Of a stretch of 64,000 bases of DNA, positions 24,661-37,306 are shown one piece after another; position 1 is the stretch's first letter, and each line of letters starts with the position of its first letter. The DNA comes from Ylistrum balloti (taxonomy: Eukaryota): the NCBI RefSeq assembly GCF_031769215.1, contig NW_026781901.1, positions 2,232,001 through 2,296,000 of the forward strand. The letters run 5' to 3'. The notes below the pieces were generated by a model. The model was not told the DNA's origin. It saw only the letters and a program-made list of their open reading frames with translations, and did no database searches. The translations under genes and the position numbers were made by a program.

Positions 24661-26298
24661 GAAAAAACAAAAATAAGCAATTAGATATCAGTCTAAGCGA
24701 CGCAGTTCATAGGCATGATGAACGCCAGCTAGATGAAGGCATGTTCAATTGCTAACACGCTTCATTGAATTTTCCTTTTTCAAGTTGGCATTCATTCATG
24801 TCTCCCATGAATGTCACTTGTAGATGAAAAGCAGTTGAATAACTAGGTGCATGGTAAGACGTTTTGCTTAGGAGCCCTTTAGATAATAATATTCTTTTAA
24901 AACGAAATTGGATCTTATCTCTCGGTTCAGTGTCGTTTTAGGACATTAATCTCTCCCGTGCATCACATGCACTTCTAAGTCTGTAATACCGGGTACCTGA
25001 TTACAGTGTTTCTCTGATGATGCTTAGCAGTAACCCCTTGGTCGTCTGTACATTATCAGTGTTCACTGTACTTGTTATTTTCTCGACTCTGTATCCTTTT
25101 TTCCCTGCAGACAATACCCGGCATGTATATATATAATGATATATTTATCGTTTTATATTTTTCCCATAATATGAAACGAATGCAACACATGCCAGACTCG
25201 CAAATCAAATTCATTCCATTTTAGTATATATATATATATCTTTGTTTTCTTTATTGTCTTTGTTTTAAAATCATACTGACCACCAACTGTACACTGTGAA
25301 ATAACAATAAACTGCAGTTATATTACTTGGTATCTTAAACATATCGGACAACGGAAGCCATTGAAAAATAGAAAATATGTACATGGAATTGTATAAAGTT
25401 GGGCTACTGCAATGTAACCTGGGATGAAGATTCCATGTGTTTAGTTGAGCGCTATTAACTACCGTGACGTCAGTTTTTTTTTCTGATAAACGGGCTATGG
25501 AAGACTTTCTACCCAAATTGTACTGGATAGGATGCAACGGCAGTGGCGTAGCAAATGTTTTTTAGGAGCGTATGCTTCAAAGGAGGGTCCATGGGCGGAG
25601 CACCAGTGGGGATCTGGGGCAAAGAAAAGAAAAAAAAAATAATAAGAAGAAAAAAATCTCAATGGAATTCGAGTGTATGCTTCACAATACAAACATGCAT
25701 TATCGCTACGCCGGTGAACGGGCCTTCCGTATGTTGTTCAGTGAGCTACCAGCTAACACTAGGCGATACCGCTTCAAAATGATACTGCCTTCTACGAGAC
25801 GAAATCCAGCAAACAAACAGCAAATAAACATTCAATTACTTCAAATGTTTGAATTTTGGTATAAATAACATTTGCCTTGTCAACATATTTGGAACAAATA
25901 TTTCAATTCATCAAACAACGTTAAGCTAACTAAACATTTCTCTTCCGGTTCGTGTTGTTGAATCGAACGCACCTTGGTGTTCGGCGCAATTTACCAAGCT
26001 TCTACAACTACCACATTGCGTGTGTACCTCAGAGTGGATTAAAACGGAAAAGACGTCTCTAAGTGATAATTGTTTCACTAAACAGAGATCAAATTGTCAG
26101 AAACGTGAGAATATAAAGCCACTGGAACTATTTTATTTATGAAGGGTGGAATTTAGGCCGACACCGGACTTACCTTGATTGATGACCTTTTATTAGGTTA
26201 ACATCCGAAATGCTCCGAAGTCACAGTATTTGCACTTTGGCCAACGACAAGCATGCGAGTAAAACACTAAGTTGATTTTAAGCAGAGAAAGTGACAAC

Positions 26299-29200
26299 AT
26301 GTCCACAAATCAGGACCTTGCATCACAGATCATCAAGTTCGGAGGTCAAACAAATGGCAGAGACAAGTTATTTAGGTAAGTATGACTGTATCTTTATTTG
26401 AGCTCAAAACACGTCGAGTAGATCTACCAATTCGACCCGGTTCAGAGTCGACCGGCTTGACAGTGACAGTTACTGTACTGTACACGTACTGGTATCTATA
26501 TGTATGTACAATATGTCACATCTCTCTTTTATTTATAGATGGATGAGGACAACCATTTTCTGCACGCCTTAGCAAATTTAAAAAATAAAGTGATATATAT
26601 GTAAATTTCCTTTCTATCTGTGTAAATAAAATAATTTCATGTACTGAATACGTACCACGAATATGAATTCCATCACAGGTATATTTGTACATGTACTGGA
26701 CTCTACTGTCAATACACTCTACGAGTGAAGCGAAACATAAGTCTAGTATGTATACATGTAATTTTAAGATTTGCATACCATTGGTTATTTTTCTACTTTT
26801 TTGAAATCACATTTGAAAATCATATGATTCCTGTTCAAAAATGTAGTATTCTTTTTTCTTGTGAAATAACAGAAGTTCCTGCAATTAAAGTAACATATAG
26901 TTATCAAATATTATTTCACAAGTGAAACTTTATTTACTTATTTAAATGTCCTTACACCTGCTATAATACTGGGGAAAACATGAGGAAAGAGAGTGGGTAA
27001 AGAAATGAGTGAAAGTAGATATTGGGAAAAGGGGGATGACGTGTGTGTGAAATGTTTGATTTCTGTGTTTATACACACATTGTAAAATCATACAAACTGG
27101 GTTTCACTAATTAAGTTCAGGGACTGGTGAAGTTTATACTGAGTGAAGTCAACAAAGTTGTATTGTTTATTCACTTCAAGCCTTGAAGTTCATCAGTATA
27201 CCAGTTAAATACATATATATATACATATGTACAACATAAGGCTATTATAACACATACAAAATGTTCAGGTATCACCTTAGTGTTAACTTACATTATACAA
27301 GACAAGGAGGAAAAAGACAGATTTCAAAGACAATTGAGTACACATGAGAGTACAAAAGTGTAACATAAAGACTATTATTATTTAAATTGTGCCAGGCAAT
27401 ATCACTGTACAGGAGGTAAGTGGCAGAAAACAACACACATTAGACTTGAAATGTTAAATGTAATGATAAACTTAATAATTGTACAAGTTTATAAGATGTC
27501 ACACACAGCTCCAGTAATAACTTTTAATTAATTTTTTACATAATTTAGGATCATCTTTCTTGAATAATTTGACCAACTGGATGGAAATCCCTGTTTAACA
27601 AGTAAGCTTGGCATTTAAAAGCTGAATCAATTTCCAAACAACATGTCTCCGACATTGTAAAGCTGGAAATAGGTTCAAGTTCTGTGTAGAACATTTTGAT
27701 AAAGCCTAGTCCCTAAAATGTAGCTGTTTTGTATTAGTTGGTAGTTTCAATGTATGTCATAATTTAGCATTGTCTTCACATATTAGTATACCAGTAAGTG
27801 TTTTACCATCATACATATTTTCTACATTGCTCTCCATTTGAAGATTGACCAATGTGTAGTTACTGTTGTTCTAATTTAAATCTTGTCATAACTGGAAGCA
27901 ACAAGAAGGAAATCAGGACCTAGTGGGGATCAATCACTCGACCATTACTGCAACGTGTCAAAATGAAAGGATGAAAACATTTTAAAAGAAAGTAACTCAA
28001 AATTAAAAAAAAAACCTTGTTTAGATTGATTTTATTCCATACCTGATAAGAAAAAGTGAAAATCTTTGCAAATATAACTAGAATGTTTCCAAGTTGATTA
28101 ATGAACATTGATGTAAAATCTCCCCTGTAAATATAATTGCAACAGAGCTCACTGAAATGTATATAGAAATATCAACTTTATTTATTTTACAACAATCGCG
28201 AAACAAGTTATGTCAACTTATACTAATCACTCATGTTGGCCCGGATGTGAGCGTGCGAGGGGTCTTATTGTGGGAGGAAACCAGAGTACCCGGGGGAAAA
28301 CCCACGTGGTTGGGCAGGTGACCCTTTACCTCTTCCCGTCCGTTCCAGGAATCGACCCACGGTCGGCTAGGTGAAAGGTGATTGCGTACCACTGCGCCAC
28401 CCGACGAGTTAAACATGCTCATACTGTGTTCAGCCAATAAAAGCCCTAACATACACTGCGCATTTCATTGTGTCACATTTCCCCTTATTGAGAACATCAT
28501 TGAATCATTGATATCAAATTAAATATATGAATATTCATATGATACACAAATTGATGCTGGCTTGTTCACACTCTCATATCAGATGATAAGACATTTGTAG
28601 GATAAATGACCCAGCCTGATCTGACCTGACTAGTGATAAGGGCTGAGGTAAATAAGTCTGTCCACATTTCCTTTCACCGAGAAAGATCTACAGCGATCAT
28701 TATATGTACCGATTATCTACATAATAATTGTCTTTATTGTTGTAACAGTAATTGTTAAGTATTGATTAGATTCAATGTACAACTTTCCTACATTATTATC
28801 AGTATAGTGATTTAATCCATAAACAATGCTTTGAGCCATAATGAGGTGATACATGTACACTGAGGGGTTAAAAGATAGGACACATACCAGTCAATAACTT
28901 GGTGCACTGGGCCCATCCCTCTTTTACGACCTTAGCTGTTTGTGTGGACATTAAACCTTAAACAAAAAACTGTAAATGTATTGCTATACTACGGATGATG
29001 CAAGTCAATAAGGTATTGAGGGGATCTAGGAAACAAGTCCTGAGCAGCTTATGTACAAGGCATTAATACTTCTGACAGCTAGAACGGCCAGATTTATATT
29101 AAAACCTATTAAACATTAATACAACTCATTGTTTACAGTAAGAATGATACCAAACATTAATTATCAGTCATGAATTCATCCCAGACTGATTTTATTACAA

Positions 29201-31089
29201 TAAGATGGAAAAAATTGTTTTTATATAATAACTTATTGACATAATTTGCTGACATGGGCTGATCAAACTCTCCTATATGCTTGCTAGGGATAACTTTTCA
29301 CATTAAGGCCTTACCTGCTACTTATGTATACTCAATGCTTTTTCCTGTTCTCGCTGTATCCTGTTTGCTGATAAAAATAAAAAATTATGCCCTGTTCCCT
29401 TCATGATAATTTTGCTTTTGAATGTTTTTGAGATATAATCTGTTGAAAAGTCGGAAGGACATAAATGTTTTTCAGGTTTGAAGGTCATTTTCAATATCCT
29501 GGTACAATATGTGTGTATTTTTCCACCACATTTATTAACAAAAGCAACAAAATTATTTTTCTCACAGTTAATATAAGTTTTTGTAAATGTGTTCAATGTA
29601 GACTCGTCCCTATATACCACACAAATGCAATCTCCATAAGCTTCGTTTACCACTGCAAGTTTTATTTGGGCACTTATGTTAATTATAATATGGATTCTGT
29701 GATAAAACTAACTTGTTATGTGTGATTTTACAAATGGATCTGTCTGGCTGGATTTTGCTTATGTTAACATTTTGCTTATGTTAACAACAGGGGAATGCAG
29801 ACCAATTATCAGCTTTGAAAATAGTCTTCACTTCAGAATATGAAAGATGACTTCATCGCAGATTATCTCTTATTTTCACAGACTCATTCAGTATGGCAGT
29901 AAATTGGTATGGTGGCATCTTCATAAGAATGCAAAAGGTCCCGAGCTGGTGGAAAAACTCAAGAAACTGGAATCCTCCCTAAGCATGACCAGGAAATGTA
30001 AGATTGTTGTAGTATATTCTAATCTTAATGTTAGATTAAATGTTTACTCTCTACGTATAAAAATCTATGTTTAAATTCTACGTATATAAAGTCCTATATA
30101 AGTGATACTTTTCAATAAAGGTCAATAAATCCAAGATAGAGCCATGGTACCATTTAGACGGCTGTAGTAAAGTTTGAAATTTCTTGAATTGGTAATAGAA
30201 AAATCTTTATCTGCTTTCATGTTTTGATTTGTCTTTAAAGTGTACACTTGTATATTATAAAGATAAATTAAGAATTGATGTCCAGTGTAACATGTATGTA
30301 GTAAAATGATTAACTGGTAGTTTATTCTCTATTTCAAACCATAACTTAAGTATTTGTTATGTGGTGCATTTAATACATTGTCAAGTTTTTTAAAGAATTT
30401 TTAAAAGATTTATGAATGTGTGAGATTGTGAAAAGTTATATATGACATAATCTGATTCACGTTGCTATGCAAGACATCTTGATAAAATACTTTGAGATGA
30501 AAAACTATGCTATATTTTTTTGATTGTAGTGCTGCGCTTTGGTAAAAGTCTCGACTTTGTCAAGGCGGCTTTAAAGAGTTTCCACATTAAGGATACGGTG
30601 TTAAGGCTGACCATCACTATGTCAAAGATTAACCAAGCCTGCTTCCTGCTTTTTGATCACATAATATATGCTCACAATGTTGGACTTATCACCACAGACA
30701 AGAAGAAGTGGTCACAAATATCTGCCAGATTCTGGGTGGTCAGTTTGATTTTAAATCTAGCGAGAAATGTATATGACCTTGTGAACATTGTACAGGAAGA
30801 GATGAGACAACAACAATCACAGGAGAAACATGGTCAGCAGATCAACGGAGACACTGACCACAGCAAGCGGACCTCTAGATCACACAACACAAACATTGTG
30901 GGGAAAATTGTAATGCAAAATAAACCTGTAATGCTGGATTTGGTTAAAAACTTAGCAGACTTGGTTTTACCGCTGTCCACTCTCGGGAAGGTGGACGCAT
31001 CTGCCGGCACTCAGGGATTCCTCGGATTGATATCCTCTGCTGCAGGAATAGCATCAGTATGGGACAGTTCACTCAAACTTGTGCCGTAA
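26299..31089 (+). CDS. PEX11: Peroxisomal membrane protein 11 (PEX11A/B-like), 250 aa
   Basis: Exons 26299-26375, 29882-29997 and 30530-31089, with phases 2,1; 753 nt in total. Characteristic PEX11 segments: QTNGRDKLFRLIQYGSKL, LESSLSMTRKLLRFGKSLD, FDHIIYAHNVGL, WSQISARFWVVSL and LDLVKNLADLVLPL...GFLGLISSAAG. Confidence 0.95.
28215..28405 (-). mobile_element. tRNA-derived SINE, PEX11 intron 1
   Basis: The minus strand has A box TGGCGCAGTGG, B box GGGTCGATTCC and the conserved SINE core GGGTACTCTGGTTTCCTCCC. Confidence 0.75.
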
Positions 31090-31215
31090 TGATTTATTAA
31101 GTGTAGCAGATATTGTTACAATACAGATATACAATGTATGTGTTATCCCTTGGAAATGAACCTAGTTGCAGATTTAAGCAGATTTGATTTATGTAAGAGA
31201 CTTTTTATATGCTCA

Positions 31216-31221
31216 AATAAA
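31216..31221 (+). promoter_or_regulatory. Candidate PEX11 polyadenylation signal
   Basis: AATAAA 127 nt after the stop codon. Motif match only; other AATAAA sites occur further downstream. Confidence 0.3.
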
Positions 31222-32486
31222 ATCTGGTCAAGAAGCCAAGCGTGTGAATTAACTATTGATGACATCACAATATAATGTATTGCCATTGTTAATGATGTCA
31301 TAAATTTAGAGGTACAACAATCCTATGTGTCCACATTGCTAGTACTTATGGGGAAGAAATATTCTACAATTTTGTCTTGAAGAGACACACATAGTGATAA
31401 ACAACTTATCCCCAACTTGTTGAGATTGATTGTCTTGCTCACAAAATAAAACCAGTTGGGTTAGTTTAGTTTGTATTCTTAAGCTTTTCAGACAGATTCT
31501 AAAATTTTAATTTCAAAATAATTGTTTTCATAATCCTTTTCTGTGACTTGAAATAAATATGTATTATACAAGAACCCTAGGAATATCATTTCCATTAATT
31601 GTCAGAAAACATCTGCCTGAGAAAGTGATGTCCAGTCACTGAATAGTGAATTATATGTTAGAATGTGTGTGAGTTTAAAGCTGTGATATACATCTTCCAT
31701 AATGTTTTATATGTTGATAATAAGTGCCTATATACATTTATATATACAATGTAACACATTGTGTGCCCAAATGTGTTGCCCTTTTGTATAACCAGTTTCT
31801 TGATGGACAGACAGAAATATTCTGTTGTTTTTTTTAATTAGAGATAGTATTGCTTTTCATCAACCCATTATAATTTCAGTTCTCACATGTTCTTCATACA
31901 AAATTTATATTGATGTCAATGTGGGAGTGCACCTGTCTAGCTGACATGCTGGAATAGGTTGGATCAGTCTGTTTGGTTCCTTGGTTGGTTACAGGTATCC
32001 ATCTCCTTGACTCGTCCTACTTCTCGGAGCTGTCTTATTGAAAAACATCTGTGTTCTGGTGACATGGGTCAATCCGGATATCCTTTTATCTATCAGCAGT
32101 TTCATATAAAATGAAGTATTCAGGACTTTAACTGTCAAATAAAATGTATGTACAGAGGTAAGAAGAGTATTATCATATGCCTTATCATAGCGTCCATATA
32201 GGCTTTGGAGGACCTAGTCTATGTTATATCCTCTTAATTGTACCCACACATGGTTCTCTAGGGTCTTCTGTGCTCCTTAGATGTAACAAAACTAGATTTG
32301 GTCAATCTCTAGTGACCAGAAAGGTCAATAGTTTGGAGCTTGTAAGGTTTATATCGGTCTCTTGTTTCAATCCCGAACTGGCCATTACATTTTCCTGTCA
32401 CACACCTACAGATGATTAAGCTGTCAGGTGTAACCTTAAGTAGTGATATTATTTTGTGAATCGTCGGAGGGTTTCTGTGATCTTTT

Positions 32487-32870
32487 CTCTACCTAATATC
32501 TATACATATGTCTATTCTCTACCTAATATCTATACATATGTCTATTCTCTACCTAATATCTACACATATGTCTATTCTCTACCTAATATCTACACATATG
32601 TCTATTCTCTACCTAATATCTACACATATGTCTATTCTCTACCTAATATCTATACATGTCTATTCTCTACCTAATATCTACACATATGTCTATTCTCTAC
32701 CTAATATCTACACATGTCTATTCTCTACCTAATATCTACACATATGTCTATTCTCTACCTAATATCTATACATGTCTATTCTCTACCTAATATCTACACA
32801 TATGTATAGTCTCTACCTAATATCTACACATATGTCTAGTCTCTACCTAATATCTATACATATGTCTAGT
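32487..32870. repeat. 30-bp minisatellite, ~13 copies
   Basis: Unit CTCTACCTAATATCTACACATATGTCTATT; it gives the 10-aa periodic ORFs 32456..32674 and 32508..32732. Confidence 0.93.
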
Positions 32871-33829
32871 GAATTAAGCAGAAAATGGTTTTAGTTAGTG
32901 TATATCAGTGAGTGGCTGATGGTGAAATAGTCTCAACTCCTTTATAGACAGTGTTGTTATATAAAGAACACAACTATCATTCTGGTACATGTATATATAT
33001 AAATCTCCAATTGATTTTTATTTATTATGAGGTGATCTCATTGTTATTAACTTATTAAGTTCAACATTTTATAGATGGTTTTTATTACATTTAAATATGA
33101 TTCCATTAAACTTTTAAAGAATAATTTAACAAATTATATGTCCTAGATGTGTACTATGATATTACTTGTCATATGTTGTTATTTGATTGTAACATCCATG
33201 AAGCTAGTTAATGGAGTGTCATCATGTAGAATTTCCAACAGTCAGTGTACCATGTGTAATTATACTCCTATATACACAGTATATCTTAGACAAGTTCAGG
33301 TTGATGAAATGCACCAACTTTTAAGTATTTTTATGTTGGTTTACAAATCATGCTGTGTATCTGTAGAAGACAAGATACTTCTCTCTATTTGACCTGTTGT
33401 ACCGACGGTCATGAACACACTGTAATCATGTTTTTATCATATCTTTATGTTGCGTGATGGAGTTATTACCTGTACTTTGTCAGGTAAATGATTAATTTCC
33501 AGTACATGTATGTATCCAGTGTGTTGTTTTGATTGGTTCATACATTCTATTGGCCTCATCTTTTTCACTATAAAAGGAACATATCACAAATTAAACCTCA
33601 TATTAACACAGTATAAACAGATAAGTCAATAAGAAATTTAATCAACTAGTTAATAGCTGTTCAATCTAGCTCAATAATCACTGTGTGGATATATCTGAGA
33701 AAGAGCTTGTGAGTGTTTTCGTAGCAGCTCTAATAAGCCATTTTATCAAGTTCACTTGCATGTATTTAATCAGTATTTCCAATTTCTATCTAAGGTCTGT
33801 TGCCAGGTTAACTAACCTCTCTTTACGAG

Positions 33830-34500
33830 GTTACTGTCTGTAGTCTGTTACCTGGTTATCTAACCTCACATTACCAGCTTATCATCTATAGTTAGTTTCT
33901 TGGTTACCTAACCATACGTTACCAGCTTATCATCTATAGCCAGTTACCTGGTTACCTAACCATACATTATCAGGGTTATCATCTATAGCCTGCTTCTTGG
34001 TTACCTAACCATACATTACCAGGTTATCATTTATAGCCAGCTACCTGGTTACCTAACCATACATTACTAGGTTATCATCTATAGCCAGTTACCTGGTTAC
34101 CTAATCATACATTACCAGGTTATCATCTATAGCCTGCTTCTTGGTTACCTAACCATACATTACCAGTTTATCATCTATAGCCAGTTACCTGGTTACCTAA
34201 CCATACATTACCAGGGTTATCATCTATAGCCTGCTTCTTGGTTACCTAACCATACATTACCAGGTTATCATTTATAGCCAGCTACCTGGTTACCTAACTA
34301 TACATTACCAGGTTATCATTTATAGCCAGCTACCTGGTTACCTAACCATACATTACCAGGTTATCATTTATAGCCTGCTTCTTGGTTACCTAACCATACA
34401 TTACCAGGTTATCATCTATAGCCTGCTTCTTGGTTACCTAACCATACATTACTTTTCCAGGTTACTGTGGTTACTATAGCCTGTTACCTAGTTAACTAAC
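33830..34500. repeat. ~48-bp minisatellite, ~13 copies
   Basis: Unit GGTTACCTAACCATACATTACCAGGTTATCATCTATAGCCAGTTACCT. Confidence 0.9.
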
Positions 34501-35129
34501 TGCAGTTAGTTTTACTTCACCACACTTATGTAACAAATTACAGTATGATGACTGTCAAAATGTAAGTATGATTACCACCTAAGTATATGGTTAGGTAACA
34601 AGCACTGAGTTACAGTTCAGTGTTTACCTTTGTCCAATAGTAACTAGTAATAGATATGTACAACAATACATGAATCATTGTGGTTATGTTGGAAACACCT
34701 GTAGGTGTAGGCGTGAGGCAGAATGGTGTCTTTTATATGGTATATTACTTTTTTATAGAGGTGTGTGCTTGTGATTGCCAAACTAACATATTATCATATC
34801 TAAAAATGTTCCATCACTGGCGATATAATAAATAATGAAAGCCTGAAGTGTACTTGTTTTATTGTAGATTATAGAGTATATAAACAGGAAAATGATGAAT
34901 TAATGTACTAGGTGAGTTATCTTAAATAGTAGTCTTGTTCAATCACTTATCCTTCCTATCGAAAAAACAGACTTTCTTAACAACTCTGTGATGATTTAAT
35001 TTGATCAGTCAAAAAATGTTATAGCAAGAAATTTACAAAGTAGACAATGTAAAAATGATATAAAAAACATTCTATTTATACTTTTGAAGCTGACAGTTAA
35101 TGGCTACAATTACAGTTCAATGAGGACAC

Positions 35130-36120
35130 ATCACCTCTATATGTCATCATATAAACATCATCTCTATACTGACATCATATAAACATCACCTCTATACTGA
35201 CATCACATAAACAGCCTCTATACTGACATCATATAAACATCATCTCTATACTGACATCATATAAACATCACCTTTATACTGACATCATATAAACATCTCT
35301 ATACTGACATCATATAAACATTATCTCTATATTGACATCATATAAACATCATCTCTCTATATATATATTGACATCATACAAACACCACCTTTATACTGAC
35401 ATCATATAAACACCACCTCTATACTGACATCATAAACACATCACCTCTATACTGACATCATATAAACATCACCTCTATACTGACATCATAAACACATCAC
35501 CTCTATACTGAAATCATATAAACATCATCTCTATACTGACATCACATAAACATCATCTCTATACTGACATCATATAAACAGCACCTCTAAACTGACATCA
35601 TAAACACATCACCTCTATACTGACATCATACAAACACCACCTTTATACTGACATCATATAAACACCACCTCTATACTGACATCATATAAACATTATCTCT
35701 ATACTGACATCATATAAACATCACCTCTATACTGACATCATATAAACATCATCTCTATACTGACATCATATAAACATCACCTTTATACTGACATCATATA
35801 AACTATACTGACATCATATAAACATCACCTCTATACTGACATCATATAAACACCATCTTTATACTGACATCATATAAACACCACCTCTATACTGACATAT
35901 AAACTGCACCTTTATACTGACATCATATAAACATTATCTCTATACTGACATCATATAAACATTATCTCTATACTGACATCATATAAACACCACCTCTATA
36001 CTGACATATAAACTGCACCTTTATACTGACATCATATAAACATTATCTCTATACTGACATCATATAAACATTATCTCTATACTGACATCATATAAACATC
36101 ACCTCTATACTGACATCATG
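35130..36120. repeat. 28-bp minisatellite, ~35 copies
   Basis: Unit CTCTATACTGACATCATATAAACATCAC; period 28 (35701 to 35729). Confidence 0.93.
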
Positions 36121-37306
36121 TCTGTATGGGGAATCAGTATCTCACATTAATCATAAATAAAATTTCGGCATTAAAGAACATTTACCACACAATATGAATA
36201 CTGAGGTCATGGAAGGCATTTAGCAACAAGGTTAACACTTTCATTCTGTATTTCGTGAACACTTTTTGAACATATAATTATCTATAAAATTACTTGTATG
36301 AATGCAAAGTATAATTTCTCATTCAATGTTAGAAATTCACTGTATGATCTCTGACCCAGTATAAGGTTATGGGATAAAAATATCTACATCCTAATGGAGG
36401 CAGGAAATTAAAACAAATCACACTTTATCTTAAAATGTTATAGAACATTGGCAACAACCAGTATAAAAAAAACAAACATCTAAAAATACCTGACATGTGC
36501 TTAAAGTGAACACATAACAATTTGATTTTGACATTTGGATTGTCCAGTTGAAATATTCCCTGATAATATAAAATTGTGGTCAATGATCAGCAATGTGGAC
36601 ACAAGTTTAAAAACATCACATATCTATGTACTGATAGTACCATCAATTGGAAACCAGCTTTTAATAAAACAACTGGTAAAAATGTTTAAAGGGCAAGATA
36701 GCTGAACAAATAGATGTATTGCACACAATGTAGAAAAAGGTGTACTTATGAATACCAATCTCTCTCAAAATCAATAATATAGAACACTAAGTTCATGTGT
36801 GTATATTTAAATGGGTGGTGATATCCACCAGTTAAAATCCTGTTTAAGCTACCACCTGGTCACAATGAAAGTAAACCCAGCATACGTATGTACTCTTCTC
36901 ATCATCAACAACCTCTTTACTTCTATGTAAATGAGTGAATATGAAATATTGTAGAACTCTTAGTCCCCTCCCCAATTAATTTACTTCTTTGATAGATCAT
37001 AGTGGGTGAGTGGATCCTATTAAATTTTCCCACACCCCATCTTTGGGTATTTCCAGTTAAATCTTATAGAGTGTTTTTAAAGAAAAGAATTATGAATGAA
37101 TTATAAATGTAACTATAGGGCTTATCTGGGTTTCTTGGAGTTGATTAACTCATTAGAATGTAATAGACAAATAAGAACACTGGTGTTTGTACTGTTAATT
37201 AAACTTAACTAAATTATTTAACGATGACATCATTTTAAATGAATATAACCTGAAATTAGTAAAAACAAAATTCAAGACAAGAATTTTGGCATTAAAGATG
37301 ATCAAA

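Noticed and set aside
29318-29653. 111-aa ORF antisense in PEX11 intron 1
   Set aside because: No recognisable domain and AT-rich codons; a chance ORF or unidentifiable TE relic.
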